64,000 bases of DNA from a bacterium (GTDB taxonomy: Bacteria; Patescibacteriota; Patescibacteriia; JBDRHN01), in contig JBDRHN010000023.1 of the NCBI GenBank assembly GCA_043816765.1, positions 17,353 through 81,352 on the forward strand. The letters run 5' to 3'. How positions within the stretch are numbered: position 1 is the first letter of the stretch; the number at the start of each line of letters is the position of its first letter. Positions 43,638 through 52,813 of the stretch are shown piece by piece. The translations under genes and the position numbers were made by a program. Below the pieces are notes generated by a model. That model was not told the origin of the DNA. It searched no databases and saw only the letters and a list, made by a program, of their open reading frames with translations.

Positions 43638-43666
43638 TTGACAATATAAACAGCTTTATATATAAT
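43638..43666 (+). promoter_or_regulatory. Consensus sigma70 promoter of khpA
   Basis: TTGACA-17 nt-TATAAT. Confidence 0.8.
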
Positions 43667-43769
43667 ATAAACAACCACTTAAAAAATAGTGGTCTTTAAA
43701 AAAATAAGAAACCAAAACTTCTCAAAGACACTGTAAATATGGTGTTTTAGAAGTTCGGTCCACAAAGAA

Positions 43770-44102
43770 ATGGCAGAAAAATTTTCAGACCAAGAGTTTG
43801 TTGAGTACATCATCAAACAAATTGTCGGTCATCCAGAAGACGTGTCTACGCAAAGAATTGTAGACGAAAGAGGCGTACTTATCACACTTAACATCAACCT
43901 CGCAGACATGGGTTATGTAATCGGTCGGCAAGGTCAAACAGCAAGAGCTGTTCGCACTTTGCTAAAAATCGTAGGCGCTAAGAACAACGCTCGAGTTAAT
44001 TTAAAGATTAACGAGCCAGAAGGTTCAACGCGCATGCCTAGGGAATCATCACCAAGAAGAGAGCCGATTGACACAACAGTAGTAGATGATTTAAAAATAT
44101 AA
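43770..44102 (+). CDS. khpA: KH-domain RNA-binding protein KhpA
   Basis: IVGHPEDV, DMGYVIGRQGQTARAVRTLL. Confidence 0.9.
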   Translation: MAEKFSDQEFVEYIIKQIVGHPEDVSTQRIVDERGVLITLNINLADMGYVIGRQGQTARAVRTLLKIVGAKNNARVNLKINEPEGSTRMPRESSPRREPIDTTVVDDLKI

Positions 44103-44117
44103 ATTAATCGCTCATAC

Positions 44118-44148
44118 AAACAACCCGCAATCAGCGGGTTGTTTTTTT
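44118..44148 (+). terminator. Intrinsic terminator after khpA
   Basis: AAACAACCCGC-AATCA-GCGGGTTGTTTTTTT. Confidence 0.8.
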
Positions 44149-44203
44149 GATTTGCTATATTGTGGTATTGTTAGTAAAATAGGGTTATAATTTGTACGCG
44201 AAT

Positions 44204-44455
44204 TGTCATTCCGACCGGAGTTGAAAAAATTTAAAAACACAATGGTGCCCATTCAATATAACTACTAAATAAAAATACAAAAAAAATTTATATTACAATT
44301 TAGTTTCATAGTTCAATATTAAAAAAATATTTTCAATCAGTAGAATAGATTAGCTCAATCATCAAGGGATTCCTCCGCTCCGCAAATATTGAATAGAAAA
44401 TTTTATGTCTTCGACAAAAATTTTCTATTCAATATTTGCTCCGGTCGGAATGACA
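44204..44455. mobile_element. 252-bp TGTCATTCC-family MITE-like element (subtype 2)
   Basis: Perfect 17-bp TIR TGTCATTCCGACCGGAG/CTCCGGTCGGAATGACA; long internal hairpin 44382-44439; lone left end also at 17208. Confidence 0.8.
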
Positions 44456-44501
44456 GTGTTTTAAAATTTAAAATTTGTGTAATTTAAAATTTACCTAACA
44501 T

Positions 44502-46061
44502 ATGCCAAAAAAAACCAAAATACTATTTCTACTACTCCTCTGTCCTCTGCTCTTTGTGCAACCGATTTTTGCGCAAGAAAAAACGGAACAACAAAAAGAC
44601 GCGTCGGTTGAGTCTGAGGAATCTAAAGCCGAAGAAAACACTGAGGAAGAAAATCAAGAAATAGAACCCATAATAACTTCTGAGGGCGCTATTTTTGTGG
44701 AGAAAAAAATACTGTTTGACGCTTCTGATTCGGTTCTTTTGAATATTCCGGCGCAAGTCAGTTATATTTGGAAATTTGACGACGGAACTTCCGCGAACGG
44801 TAAAGAGGTTTTGCATAGTTTCAAAAAAACGGGAAAGCATAAGGTGGAACTTACAATACAACAAGGCGCGCAAATTAAAGCAGCCGAAAAAGAAATTTTT
44901 ATTTATGATAAAAAGGTTTTATTAATCACAGACAGCGACAAACAAAGCGGACTTGAATTGATTACGGAACAAGCGGCGGATAATGGGGTCTTTCTTAAAA
45001 TGATTTCTGTAACAGAAGAAGAAACCGGATTTTTAACTGAAGAAAAACTTGTCCAAATTATTAAAGAAAACAGCGAATTTATTAATACGGCGGATGTGCT
45101 GATTTTTCACACTAAAACATCTTTAGGGTTGCAATCGTTTACTCGATATTGGCAACTCGCTGAAACCAAACCTGATTTGAAAAATAAATTAGTCGTTAAA
45201 ATTAGCGATGAAAGCATGCTTGTGGCGTCAAAAATCGCGCAACAAAATTTTGATGTTATTACGCCTAATTATATTTTACTGACAAGAAAAGAGGCGTTAA
45301 ATCCTATTTTTGAAACGAAAGATTATACTAAAATCGTTGAAAATCTGAAAAGCAGAGGTATTGAATATCAAATTATTGATGAGAGAACCGAGAGATCAAG
45401 ATTTTTTATTTTATCAAACTGGATTACAAACTTTATCGCAAACGGAATTCCGGCCAATACGATTTATCTTATTTTAGCAATTCCGTTTATCACTTTTATT
45501 ATCGCTTTCGCGCGCCAAGTCGTGGGAATTTCAACTTTCGGGGTTTATACTCCCACGGTTCTCGCGCTTACTTTTTTAATCTTGGGGATATATTTTGGAT
45601 TGGGGGCTTTGCTGATTGTGGTTTTTGTAAGTTATATGCTGAGGCTGGTTTTGCAAAGAATAGAACTTTTGTATACTCCGCGTCTGAGTTTGGCTCTTTC
45701 AACCATCAGCCTTTCTCTGCTCGCCATTATTTGGTTTTTGATAAAATTTGGCAGTCCGATATCGATTCCTCTTGCGATTTTTCCTTTGATTGTTATGTCG
45801 ACAATGTCGGAAAAATTTACCGCGGCGCAGTCTGAAGAAGGTTTGCGCGGAGCTCTCTTTGGCGCTTTTCAAACCATTCTAGTTGCCGTTGCCGCTTATT
45901 ATCTGGTGATTTGGACAGCTTTTTCTAACCTTCTAATGTATCTTCCCGAGCTTATATTTGTTCCTCTTGCCGGAAATATTTTGTTGGGCAAATTTACAGG
46001 TCTGCGCTTGACGGAATATTTCAGGTTTCGCGCGCTGTTCAAGGAACATACTGAAGAATAG
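44502..46061 (+). CDS. Signal peptide + PKD domain + 7TM (7TM_transglut-like) membrane protein
   Basis: FDASDS..YIWKFDDG..HSF..G (PKD); RQVVGISTFGVYTP, IFPLIVM..SEKF, LGKFTGLRLTEYFRF (7TM domain linked to ATP-grasp ligases). Confidence 0.85.
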   Translation: MPKKTKILFLLLLCPLLFVQPIFAQEKTEQQKDASVESEESKAEENTEEENQEIEPIITSEGAIFVEKKILFDASDSVLLNIPAQVSYIWKFDDGTSANGKEVLHSFKKTGKHKVELTIQQGAQIKAAEKEIFIYDKKVLLITDSDKQSGLELITEQAADNGVFLKMISVTEEETGFLTEEKLVQIIKENSEFINTADVLIFHTKTSLGLQSFTRYWQLAETKPDLKNKLVVKISDESMLVASKIAQQNFDVITPNYILLTRKEALNPIFETKDYTKIVENLKSRGIEYQIIDERTERSRFFILSNWITNFIANGIPANTIYLILAIPFITFIIAFARQVVGISTFGVYTPTVLALTFLILGIYFGLGALLIVVFVSYMLRLVLQRIELLYTPRLSLALSTISLSLLAIIWFLIKFGSPISIPLAIFPLIVMSTMSEKFTAAQSEEGLRGALFGAFQTILVAVAAYYLVIWTAFSNLLMYLPELIFVPLAGNILLGKFTGLRLTEYFRFRALFKEHTEE

Positions 46062-46063
46062 TT

Positions 46064-46094
46064 TGTAGAGACGAGGCACTGCCTCGTCTCTACA
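46064..46094. repeat. REP-like palindrome
   Basis: TGTAGAGACGAGGCA-C-TGCCTCGTCTCTACA. Confidence 0.9.
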
Positions 46095-46109
46095 TTATTT
46101 TATTAATTT

Positions 46110-48458
46110 ATGTCTTTTAGAAAAACAAAAAAAGAAATTTTAGGCATTAACGCGAGGAATTTGCTTTATATTTCCAAATATAATTCCAGAGCGGCCAAAA
46201 AATTTGCTGATGATAAAATTTATACAAAAAATTATCTGCAGTCCCGCGATATGCCCGCCGCGCGGTTGTATCAAGTTATTCGGTCTTATACTGAATTGGA
46301 TAATTTTAATCCAGAAAGTCTTCCCGGCAGTTTTGTGATAAAACCAAACAAGGGATATGGCGGCGAAGGGATTATTGTTGTTGTGGATAAAAAAAATGAT
46401 AAATACATATCAGTTGACGGCACTAAATACAGATGGGATGGCGAGCTGTATCGCCATTGCGAAAGTATCCTAAGCGGACGTTATTCAATTTCCGGATTGC
46501 ATGATCAGATTATCTTTGAAGAATATTTAATCCGTCATGATTATTTTGATAAATTCACAAGCAAGGGTCTGCCGGATGTTCGCATTATTGTTTTTAATCT
46601 GATTCCCGTGATGGCGATGCTCCGGCTTCCAACGGAAGAATCTAAAGGAAAAGCAAATGTTCATTTGGGCGGGATTGGTCTTGGTATTGATATGAAAAGC
46701 GGAAAAACAACTTATGGTGTTACGCAAAAAAGCGTTTACAAAAATGAATTTATAAAAATCTTGCCAAATGGGGATCCTACAAACAGTATAACAATCCCCT
46801 ATTGGGATGAGATATTGCTAATGTCAGCTAAAGCTCAGGCCGCGAGCAAAATTGGTTATTTGGCGGCTGATTTGGCGATTACAAAAACAGGTGTAAAAAT
46901 TTTAGAATTAAACGCGCGCGCGGGGCTGGCTCTGCAAATTGCCAACCTCTCCCCTCTTCGGGCGCGTTTGGATAAGATTGTTGATTTGAAAGTTCTTACT
47001 CCCGAGCAAGGGGTTGAGATAAGTAAAACATTATTTACCAAAACCGCTTTACCTGCAAAAAAGGATGAAAATAAAACAGAAAGTTCAAAGCAGATTATCG
47101 GACTATATGAAAAAATAGAGATTTTGAATACTAAACATAAATCTATTTTAGCAAAAATCGATCCATGGGCAAAAGAAAATATTATTGATCAAGACATGGA
47201 TATTGAAGGACAAGACAAAATAGCGACAATTAAACTTTTAAACAAAAGAGTTACTTTTCCCTTTGTGAAAAAAAAACTCGGAGACGTTAATTATAAAGTT
47301 GTTATCGCGGGAAAATATTTAACGGATTTTTTGATTGACGCTAGCATCAGCAAACCGCAAGAACGAAAGGGTAAAAGCAATGTTGAGCAGGATGAAAAAA
47401 TTGCCATCAATGTTGATAAAAAAATCTGCCAAATTGATGAGGCTGTTCATCTGTTATCGTATTTACGTCCTTTAAATTTAGACGAGGAAAAAACAGCTTT
47501 TTTTGAGCATGCTAATTACAACCCTAAATTCATTTACCGCAAAGTCGCTATTGATGTTGAGCAACTTAAAAAAGATTTAAAAAAAATCCCGACTAAATTC
47601 AAACATCCTTTGGCTCCACTTTTTGTAAATAAAATAAAAGAGGTTGATAATAAATTATCTTTGATTGAGTCGGTTGATACTCCGAAACTTCAATTTTTTT
47701 CAGAAAAGCTTTATAGCGGCGTTGATAAAAATTTATATGATCAGGCTGTTGAATATATAAAACAGAATCCTATTACCAAAGATGAGAGTAAGATTTTAAA
47801 TTTTAAGACGAGCATAAAAAAAATCGAAAAATCGTTGAAAGAAAATAAATTGCATGGCTGGAAAATAAAAATAGTTGAAGGGGTGGCTGTTGATATGCAG
47901 GTTAATAAATCGGGGACTATTTTTGTTAAAAAAGGAGCGGAATTTTCGGTCAACAGATTGGAAAGTTTGATAGCGCACGAAATTAAAACCCATATTTTTA
48001 GGTTGGAAAATGGACGTTTGCAAAAATATAGAATTTTTGAAAGGGGCACTGCTGAGTATCTGACAACGGAAGAGGGGTTATCTATTTACAACCAAAACGC
48101 TTTAGGGATTCATTTGGGAGACAAACAGATATGGCCGGCGTTAAATGTTATTGCGGTATATATGGGATCGAAAATGAGTTTTCGCGAGTTACATAATTAT
48201 TTGATGGAAAACTATTTTATCAGCGCTGAATCGGCATGGAAAACATGCGTTAAGGCGAAAAGGGGTTATACGGACACGGGAGAACATCTGGTTTTCGCCA
48301 AAGACCATATTTATTTTAAAGGTTTGATGATGGTTGAAAAATTTGTTAAAAATTATGGGAAAGAGAAGTTGAAAGATTTGTATATTGGTAAAATCGGGGT
48401 TAATGAATTGAAATATGTTAAAAATATAAAGGATTATAGGGTGAAGTATTTGCCTTGA
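46110..48458 (+). CDS. Fusion: alpha-L-glutamate-ligase-like ATP-grasp + degenerate retropepsin-like module + DUF1704/MATCAP-like zinc carboxypeptidase
   Basis: LGINARN, DDKIYTK, GLPDVR, AMLRLPT..S.GKANVH.G, LELNARAGL; IIGLYEKI..AKIDPWA; AHEIKTH, TEEGL, KRG, KDHIYFKG, LYIGKI. Confidence 0.85.
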   Translation: MSFRKTKKEILGINARNLLYISKYNSRAAKKFADDKIYTKNYLQSRDMPAARLYQVIRSYTELDNFNPESLPGSFVIKPNKGYGGEGIIVVVDKKNDKYISVDGTKYRWDGELYRHCESILSGRYSISGLHDQIIFEEYLIRHDYFDKFTSKGLPDVRIIVFNLIPVMAMLRLPTEESKGKANVHLGGIGLGIDMKSGKTTYGVTQKSVYKNEFIKILPNGDPTNSITIPYWDEILLMSAKAQAASKIGYLAADLAITKTGVKILELNARAGLALQIANLSPLRARLDKIVDLKVLTPEQGVEISKTLFTKTALPAKKDENKTESSKQIIGLYEKIEILNTKHKSILAKIDPWAKENIIDQDMDIEGQDKIATIKLLNKRVTFPFVKKKLGDVNYKVVIAGKYLTDFLIDASISKPQERKGKSNVEQDEKIAINVDKKICQIDEAVHLLSYLRPLNLDEEKTAFFEHANYNPKFIYRKVAIDVEQLKKDLKKIPTKFKHPLAPLFVNKIKEVDNKLSLIESVDTPKLQFFSEKLYSGVDKNLYDQAVEYIKQNPITKDESKILNFKTSIKKIEKSLKENKLHGWKIKIVEGVAVDMQVNKSGTIFVKKGAEFSVNRLESLIAHEIKTHIFRLENGRLQKYRIFERGTAEYLTTEEGLSIYNQNALGIHLGDKQIWPALNVIAVYMGSKMSFRELHNYLMENYFISAESAWKTCVKAKRGYTDTGEHLVFAKDHIYFKGLMMVEKFVKNYGKEKLKDLYIGKIGVNELKYVKNIKDYRVKYLP

Positions 48459-48511
48459 TTCTTTTTGTATAACAAGGTAATATAAACTAGGTATAAAAAG
48501 CTAAGATTATT

Positions 48512-49450
48512 ATGAAAAAAATAATTGCGATTTATTTTTCCGACCCTGAGCCAATGGGATATCCTTTTGGAAAATCTCAATATTTAGAAATATACAAAGA
48601 AATTATTAGCAAAATTGAAAGCCACGGAATTGATGTTTTTATTGTGCGAGGAGACAGCTATATTTCAGATGGGCGCTTTAAAAGGGCATGGCAATTTATA
48701 GACGGAAACTTAAAAGAATCTAAAGGAGAAATTCGCGCTGATCTTATTTTCAATAGAGATGATAAAAACACCATACCTCTTATCCATGATTGTAAAATCA
48801 TAAATAAGCCGGAATTTGATCAAATGTGTGTTGATAAAATAAAAACATTTGAAGCCTTTCCCGATATTTCTCCGAAAACCGCATATATACATTCTTATCA
48901 AGCATTTTTAGAACAAATTGGTGAATGGCAAATGGAACCTGAGGAAATGATTGTTTTGAAAAAAAATTTTGAAACAGAGGGGCGCGGTATTTTTATAGTT
49001 CCGGTTTCGAATGTAAAAAAAGAATTATACTCAGATTGGAATGATATAATAATTCAGGAATTTTTAGACAGCTCAATTGGCATTCCGAATATTACAAATG
49101 GTTTACATGATTTGCGCGTAACAGTAATTAATGGCAGGCCGATAAATTCATTTCTTCGTGTTCCAAAAGAAGGGAGTTATCTTGCAAATGTTTCTCAGGG
49201 CGGACAGGGCACATCAATTGATCTTGATAATGTTCCGAAGGATGTTATTGATCTTGTTTGTCGCATTGACGAAAAAGTAAAAAAATATTTCCCGGCAATT
49301 TATGCCGCGGATTTTATCAATTCACCTAAGGGATATAAACTTCTTGAGTTGAATTCTCGTCCGGGGGTACAGCATCCTGATTGGTCAAAAACTTATAAAA
49401 AATTTAATGATGCTATAATTGATATGCTTGCGGAAGCGATAAAAGAATAA
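48512..49450 (+). CDS. RimK/GshB-like ATP-grasp ligase
   Basis: CVDKIKT, EGRGI, IIQEFL, DLRV, ANVSQGG, LLELNSRPG. Confidence 0.82.
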   Translation: MKKIIAIYFSDPEPMGYPFGKSQYLEIYKEIISKIESHGIDVFIVRGDSYISDGRFKRAWQFIDGNLKESKGEIRADLIFNRDDKNTIPLIHDCKIINKPEFDQMCVDKIKTFEAFPDISPKTAYIHSYQAFLEQIGEWQMEPEEMIVLKKNFETEGRGIFIVPVSNVKKELYSDWNDIIIQEFLDSSIGIPNITNGLHDLRVTVINGRPINSFLRVPKEGSYLANVSQGGQGTSIDLDNVPKDVIDLVCRIDEKVKKYFPAIYAADFINSPKGYKLLELNSRPGVQHPDWSKTYKKFNDAIIDMLAEAIKE

Positions 49451-49462
49451 AATTAAAAATAT

Positions 49463-50647
49463 ATGCAACAAAAAGGAAAATTCGGACAATACGGCGGGGT
49501 GTTCTCGCCGGAAACATTGATGCCCGCTTTGGAAGAGCTTGAAGCGGCTTATTTTAATATTGTTAAAAAAGATAAAAAGTTTAATGCTGAATTAAATTAT
49601 TTATTGCAACAATACGCGGGCAGACCGACGCCGCTTTATTTTGCGGAGAATTTGTCAAAAAAATTGGGACGTAAAATTTATCTCAAACGAGAAGACTTGT
49701 TGCATGGCGGAGCGCATAAGACTAACAATGGTTTGGGGCAAGGTTTGCTTGCCAAATATATGGGAAAGAAAAGGATTATAGCGGAAACGGGGGCGGGGCA
49801 GCATGGGTTTGCCGTAGCGATGATTGGCGCGTTTTTGGGGATACAGACGGAAGTATATATGGGCGTGGAAGATATAGAAAGGCAAAGAATGAATGTTCTG
49901 CGAATGAGGATGTGCGGGGCGAAAATTAATCCGGTTGAAATTCGTCCGGGGGTTGGTTCCCTCAAAGACGCGACTAACGAGGCGATGCGCGACTGGATAA
50001 CAAATGTTCGCACTACTTATTATATAATCGGTTCAGCGGTCGGGCCTCATCCGTATCCAACTATGGTGGCGCAATTTCAGAGAGTTATCAGCAAAGAGAT
50101 AAAAAAGCAGAGCATAAAACAGATCGGTAAATTGCCTGATACTGTGATTGCTTGCGTTGGCGGAGGCAGTAACGCAATCGGCGCTTTTTATGAATTTATT
50201 AATGATAAAAAAGTAAAGTTAATAGGCGTTGAGCCTGCCGGTTTGGGTGTTAATACGACTAAAACCGGAGCGTCAATCGGCAAAGGACGAGATGGAATAT
50301 TGCACGGTTCGCTGTCTAAAGTTCTTCAAGATAAAGACGGGCAAATTAAAGAGGCGTATAGCGTTTCCGCGGGGCTTGATTATCCGGGGGTTGGTCCGCA
50401 ACATGCTCATCTCGCAAAAACAGGGCGCGCGAAATACGAGGCTGTTACCGACAAAGAGGCGTTGGACGCGTTTGAATTGTTGTCAAAGTGCGAAGGAATC
50501 ATTCCCGCGCTTGAATCGGCTCATGCTGTTGCTTATGCTGTGAAATATGCTAAAATATGTCGGAAGGATGAGGTTGTGGTGGTTAATTTGTCGGGGCGGG
50601 GAGATAAAGATATGGAACATGTGAGCTCTCTAATAGGACACAGATAA
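49463..50647 (+). CDS. trpB: Tryptophan synthase beta chain
   Basis: [39 protein letters not shown]. Confidence 0.98.
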   Translation: MQQKGKFGQYGGVFSPETLMPALEELEAAYFNIVKKDKKFNAELNYLLQQYAGRPTPLYFAENLSKKLGRKIYLKREDLLHGGAHKTNNGLGQGLLAKYMGKKRIIAETGAGQHGFAVAMIGAFLGIQTEVYMGVEDIERQRMNVLRMRMCGAKINPVEIRPGVGSLKDATNEAMRDWITNVRTTYYIIGSAVGPHPYPTMVAQFQRVISKEIKKQSIKQIGKLPDTVIACVGGGSNAIGAFYEFINDKKVKLIGVEPAGLGVNTTKTGASIGKGRDGILHGSLSKVLQDKDGQIKEAYSVSAGLDYPGVGPQHAHLAKTGRAKYEAVTDKEALDAFELLSKCEGIIPALESAHAVAYAVKYAKICRKDEVVVVNLSGRGDKDMEHVSSLIGHR

Positions 50648-50739
50648 ACACAGACTAAAGCGCAGATAAACACAGATAAAATTATAAAAAATCAGTGTTC
50701 ATCTGCGCCCGAATGGTCAGTGTTTATTTGTGTGCTATT
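50638..50739 (+). repeat. 102-bp direct repeat, left flank of GxxExxY gene
   Basis: Identical to 51135-51236 except one base; built from ACACAGA/GCGCAGA units and their complements. Confidence 0.95.
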
Positions 50740-50747
50740 ATATAAAT

Positions 50748-51155
50748 ATGCAAAATTATCAACACTCAGAATTGACCAAAAAAATTATTTCCTGTTTTTA
50801 TCAAGTCTACAATACTCTCGGTTATGGGTTTTTAGAAAAGGTCTATGAAAATTCTTTAATAAAAGAGTTGAATAAAAATGGATTAAAACCAGTTCAACAA
50901 ATGCCGATTAAGGTTTATTATGAAGGTGAATTGGTTGGTGATTATTTTGCAGATATTGTTGTTGAAAATTTGGTGATATTAGAACTAAAAGCGCAGGAAC
51001 TTCTATGCCCTGAGAACGAAGCTCAGCTATTGAACTATTTAAAAGCAACGAAGTATGAGATTGGTTTATTGTTAAATTTTGGAACAAAGCCAGAGATAAG
51101 GCGAAAAATATATAGCAATAATTTAAAGAATTCAACACAGATAAACACAGACTAA
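50748..51155 (+). CDS. GxxExxY family protein (PD-(D/E)XK-like nuclease)
   Basis: LGYGFLEKVYEN, YFADIVVE..VILELKA, AQLLNYLKAT..GLLLNFG. Confidence 0.92.
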   Translation: MQNYQHSELTKKIISCFYQVYNTLGYGFLEKVYENSLIKELNKNGLKPVQQMPIKVYYEGELVGDYFADIVVENLVILELKAQELLCPENEAQLLNYLKATKYEIGLLLNFGTKPEIRRKIYSNNLKNSTQINTD

Positions 51156-51236
51156 AGCGCAGATAAACACAGATAAAATTATAAAAAATCAGTGTTCATC
51201 TGCGCCCGAAGGGTCAGTGTTTATTTGTGTGCTATT
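51135..51236 (+). repeat. 102-bp direct repeat, right flank of GxxExxY gene
   Basis: Matches 50638-50739. Confidence 0.95.
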
Positions 51237-51243
51237 TAAAGAT

Positions 51244-52041
51244 ATGTCATTGATAGATAAAAAATTCAAACCAAACCAAGGAACGCTTGCCATTGGTACT
51301 GTTCCCGGATATCCCGACATGGAAACGAGTTTTGAAATCGTTAAGGCTATTGTTTCCGGCGGGGCGGATATTTTGGAGATGTCTTCTTCTTTTTCTGATC
51401 CTATTGCTGATGGTCCGACACTGCAACAAGCGCACGCGCAAATTTTAAAACATGGCGTTACAAAAGCGCAAGTGTTTAATTTTTATAAAAAAATAAAAAA
51501 AAATTATCCTGAAATTCCAATATTTGTGATTGAGTATTCTAATATTGTTTATACCAACGGCATTGATAATTATTATAAAAAATTAAAAGAGGGCGGGGTT
51601 GATTTGCTTTTAATTCCGGATGTTCCGCTTGAGGAGCTAAAGCCCTACAGCGCGGCGGCTAAAACATACGGAATCGGCCAGTCTTATATAGCGGCGCCGA
51701 CAACGGATAATGAAAGGCTGAAAAAAATTATTCCAAATGTTAACGGTTTTATATATGTGGCAACGGTAACAGGGATTACCGGCGCGAGAAAAAATGTTGA
51801 GGATGAGACTAAAAAGCTTTTGCGAAGAATTAAAACACAGACAAAAATTCCATTGGTCGCGGGGTTTGGAATCAGTAAGCCGGAACACGTAAAAACAGCT
51901 TTGAAATCTGGCGCAGATGGGGTTGTGATCTGTTCGCAGATTATTAATATTATTAATAAAAATTTGAAAAATAAGAAGAAGATGTTGAGTGAGGTTGAGG
52001 GGTTTGTGAAGGAAATGAAAAAAGCCTGCAGTCATTACTAA
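51244..52041 (+). CDS. trpA: Tryptophan synthase alpha chain
   Basis: ILEM..FSDPIADGP, PDVPLEE, GITGAR, GFGISKPE, ADGVVI. Confidence 0.95.
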   Translation: MSLIDKKFKPNQGTLAIGTVPGYPDMETSFEIVKAIVSGGADILEMSSSFSDPIADGPTLQQAHAQILKHGVTKAQVFNFYKKIKKNYPEIPIFVIEYSNIVYTNGIDNYYKKLKEGGVDLLLIPDVPLEELKPYSAAAKTYGIGQSYIAAPTTDNERLKKIIPNVNGFIYVATVTGITGARKNVEDETKKLLRRIKTQTKIPLVAGFGISKPEHVKTALKSGADGVVICSQIINIINKNLKNKKKMLSEVEGFVKEMKKACSHY

Positions 52042-52070
52042 GATGTAAAAACGACGATGCAGGCTCTTTC

Positions 52071-52166
52071 TTATTTTTTGTCTTGAGATGTTGCAACCTC
52101 AGACAAAAAATAAAAAATCTTTATCGCCACACCTGTGGCGATAAAATATAAAAATATTTTTTCCAT
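52071..52166 (-). CDS. 31-aa hydrophobic small protein
   Basis: MEKIFLYFIATGVAIKIFYFLSEVATSQDKK after AAAGGAGGTGA; TTGACA upstream at 52228-52233. Confidence 0.5.
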   Translation of the reverse strand: MEKIFLYFIATGVAIKIFYFLSEVATSQDKK

Positions 52167-52249
52167 TTCTTTCACCTCCTTTCAATGGAAAAATATTTAA
52201 TCACAAATTAAATTATATTATGATTTTTGTCAAGAGAAAATAAAACACC

Positions 52250-52545
52250 TGTCATTCTGAGCGACTTTTACCGCGAACTTGAAGAAATAAAAAAATTTAA
52301 TAATTGCATAAAATTGAAAAACAATCAGAATTAAGCGAAGAATCCCGCGGTTGTTGCAGGAACAACGAGATTCTACTCGTCGGCTCCATAGTCCCGAACG
52401 AAGTGAGGGCTATGGAGCCGATATGCGCGCGATAGCAAAACATGCCGGCTCCATAGCCCCCGCTGGCGCGGGGGACTATGGAGCCAACGCGTATTAAATC
52501 TAAAATAAATACCAAGCAAGGTGCTGGACACCCAAGGGGGTGTTT
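52250..52545. repeat. Cluster of palindromic repeats
   Basis: TGTCATTCTGAGCG end, two GGCTCCATAG..CTATGGAGCC palindromes, GGTGCTGGACACCC copy shared with 16670. Confidence 0.75.
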
Positions 52546-52627
52546 GGTTGGCGGTTGAAAAATTTATAAAATAAATAAAGCCCCCGCAAGCTTGAAGTGA
52601 AAATAAGACATTGCGGGGGGGGGGCGG

Positions 52628-52753
52628 TCAACAGCTCAGCATGCCTACTACGCATGCTATGGCGGTTAAACCGCCCGCCATTTCGGATTGAGTCAACAAA
52701 AAAAATAAAAACCCAATCCCGACTAAAAAATAAAAAAAATAAAATCTTCCCAT
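52628..52753 (-). CDS. 41-aa hydrophobic small protein
   Basis: MGRFYFFYFLVGIGFLFFLLTQSEMAGGLTAIACVVGMLSC after AAAGGAGGTGA; TTGACA-17-TATAAA upstream; GC hairpin downstream. Confidence 0.5.
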   Translation of the reverse strand: MGRFYFFYFLVGIGFLFFLLTQSEMAGGLTAIACVVGMLSC

Positions 52754-52813
52754 TTTTCTCACCTCCTTTCTGGAAAAGACTTAAAAGATCAATATAATTT
52801 TATACATTAAATT

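Noticed and set aside
50638-51236. Possible CRISPR array from the ACACAGAT repeats
   Set aside because: Only two long copies flanking a gene, no unique spacers of regular length, and no cas genes
52297-52797. ORFs 52297-52515 and 52597-52797
   Set aside because: They translate palindromic repeats or the antisense strand of the small-peptide unit and show no protein-like motifs
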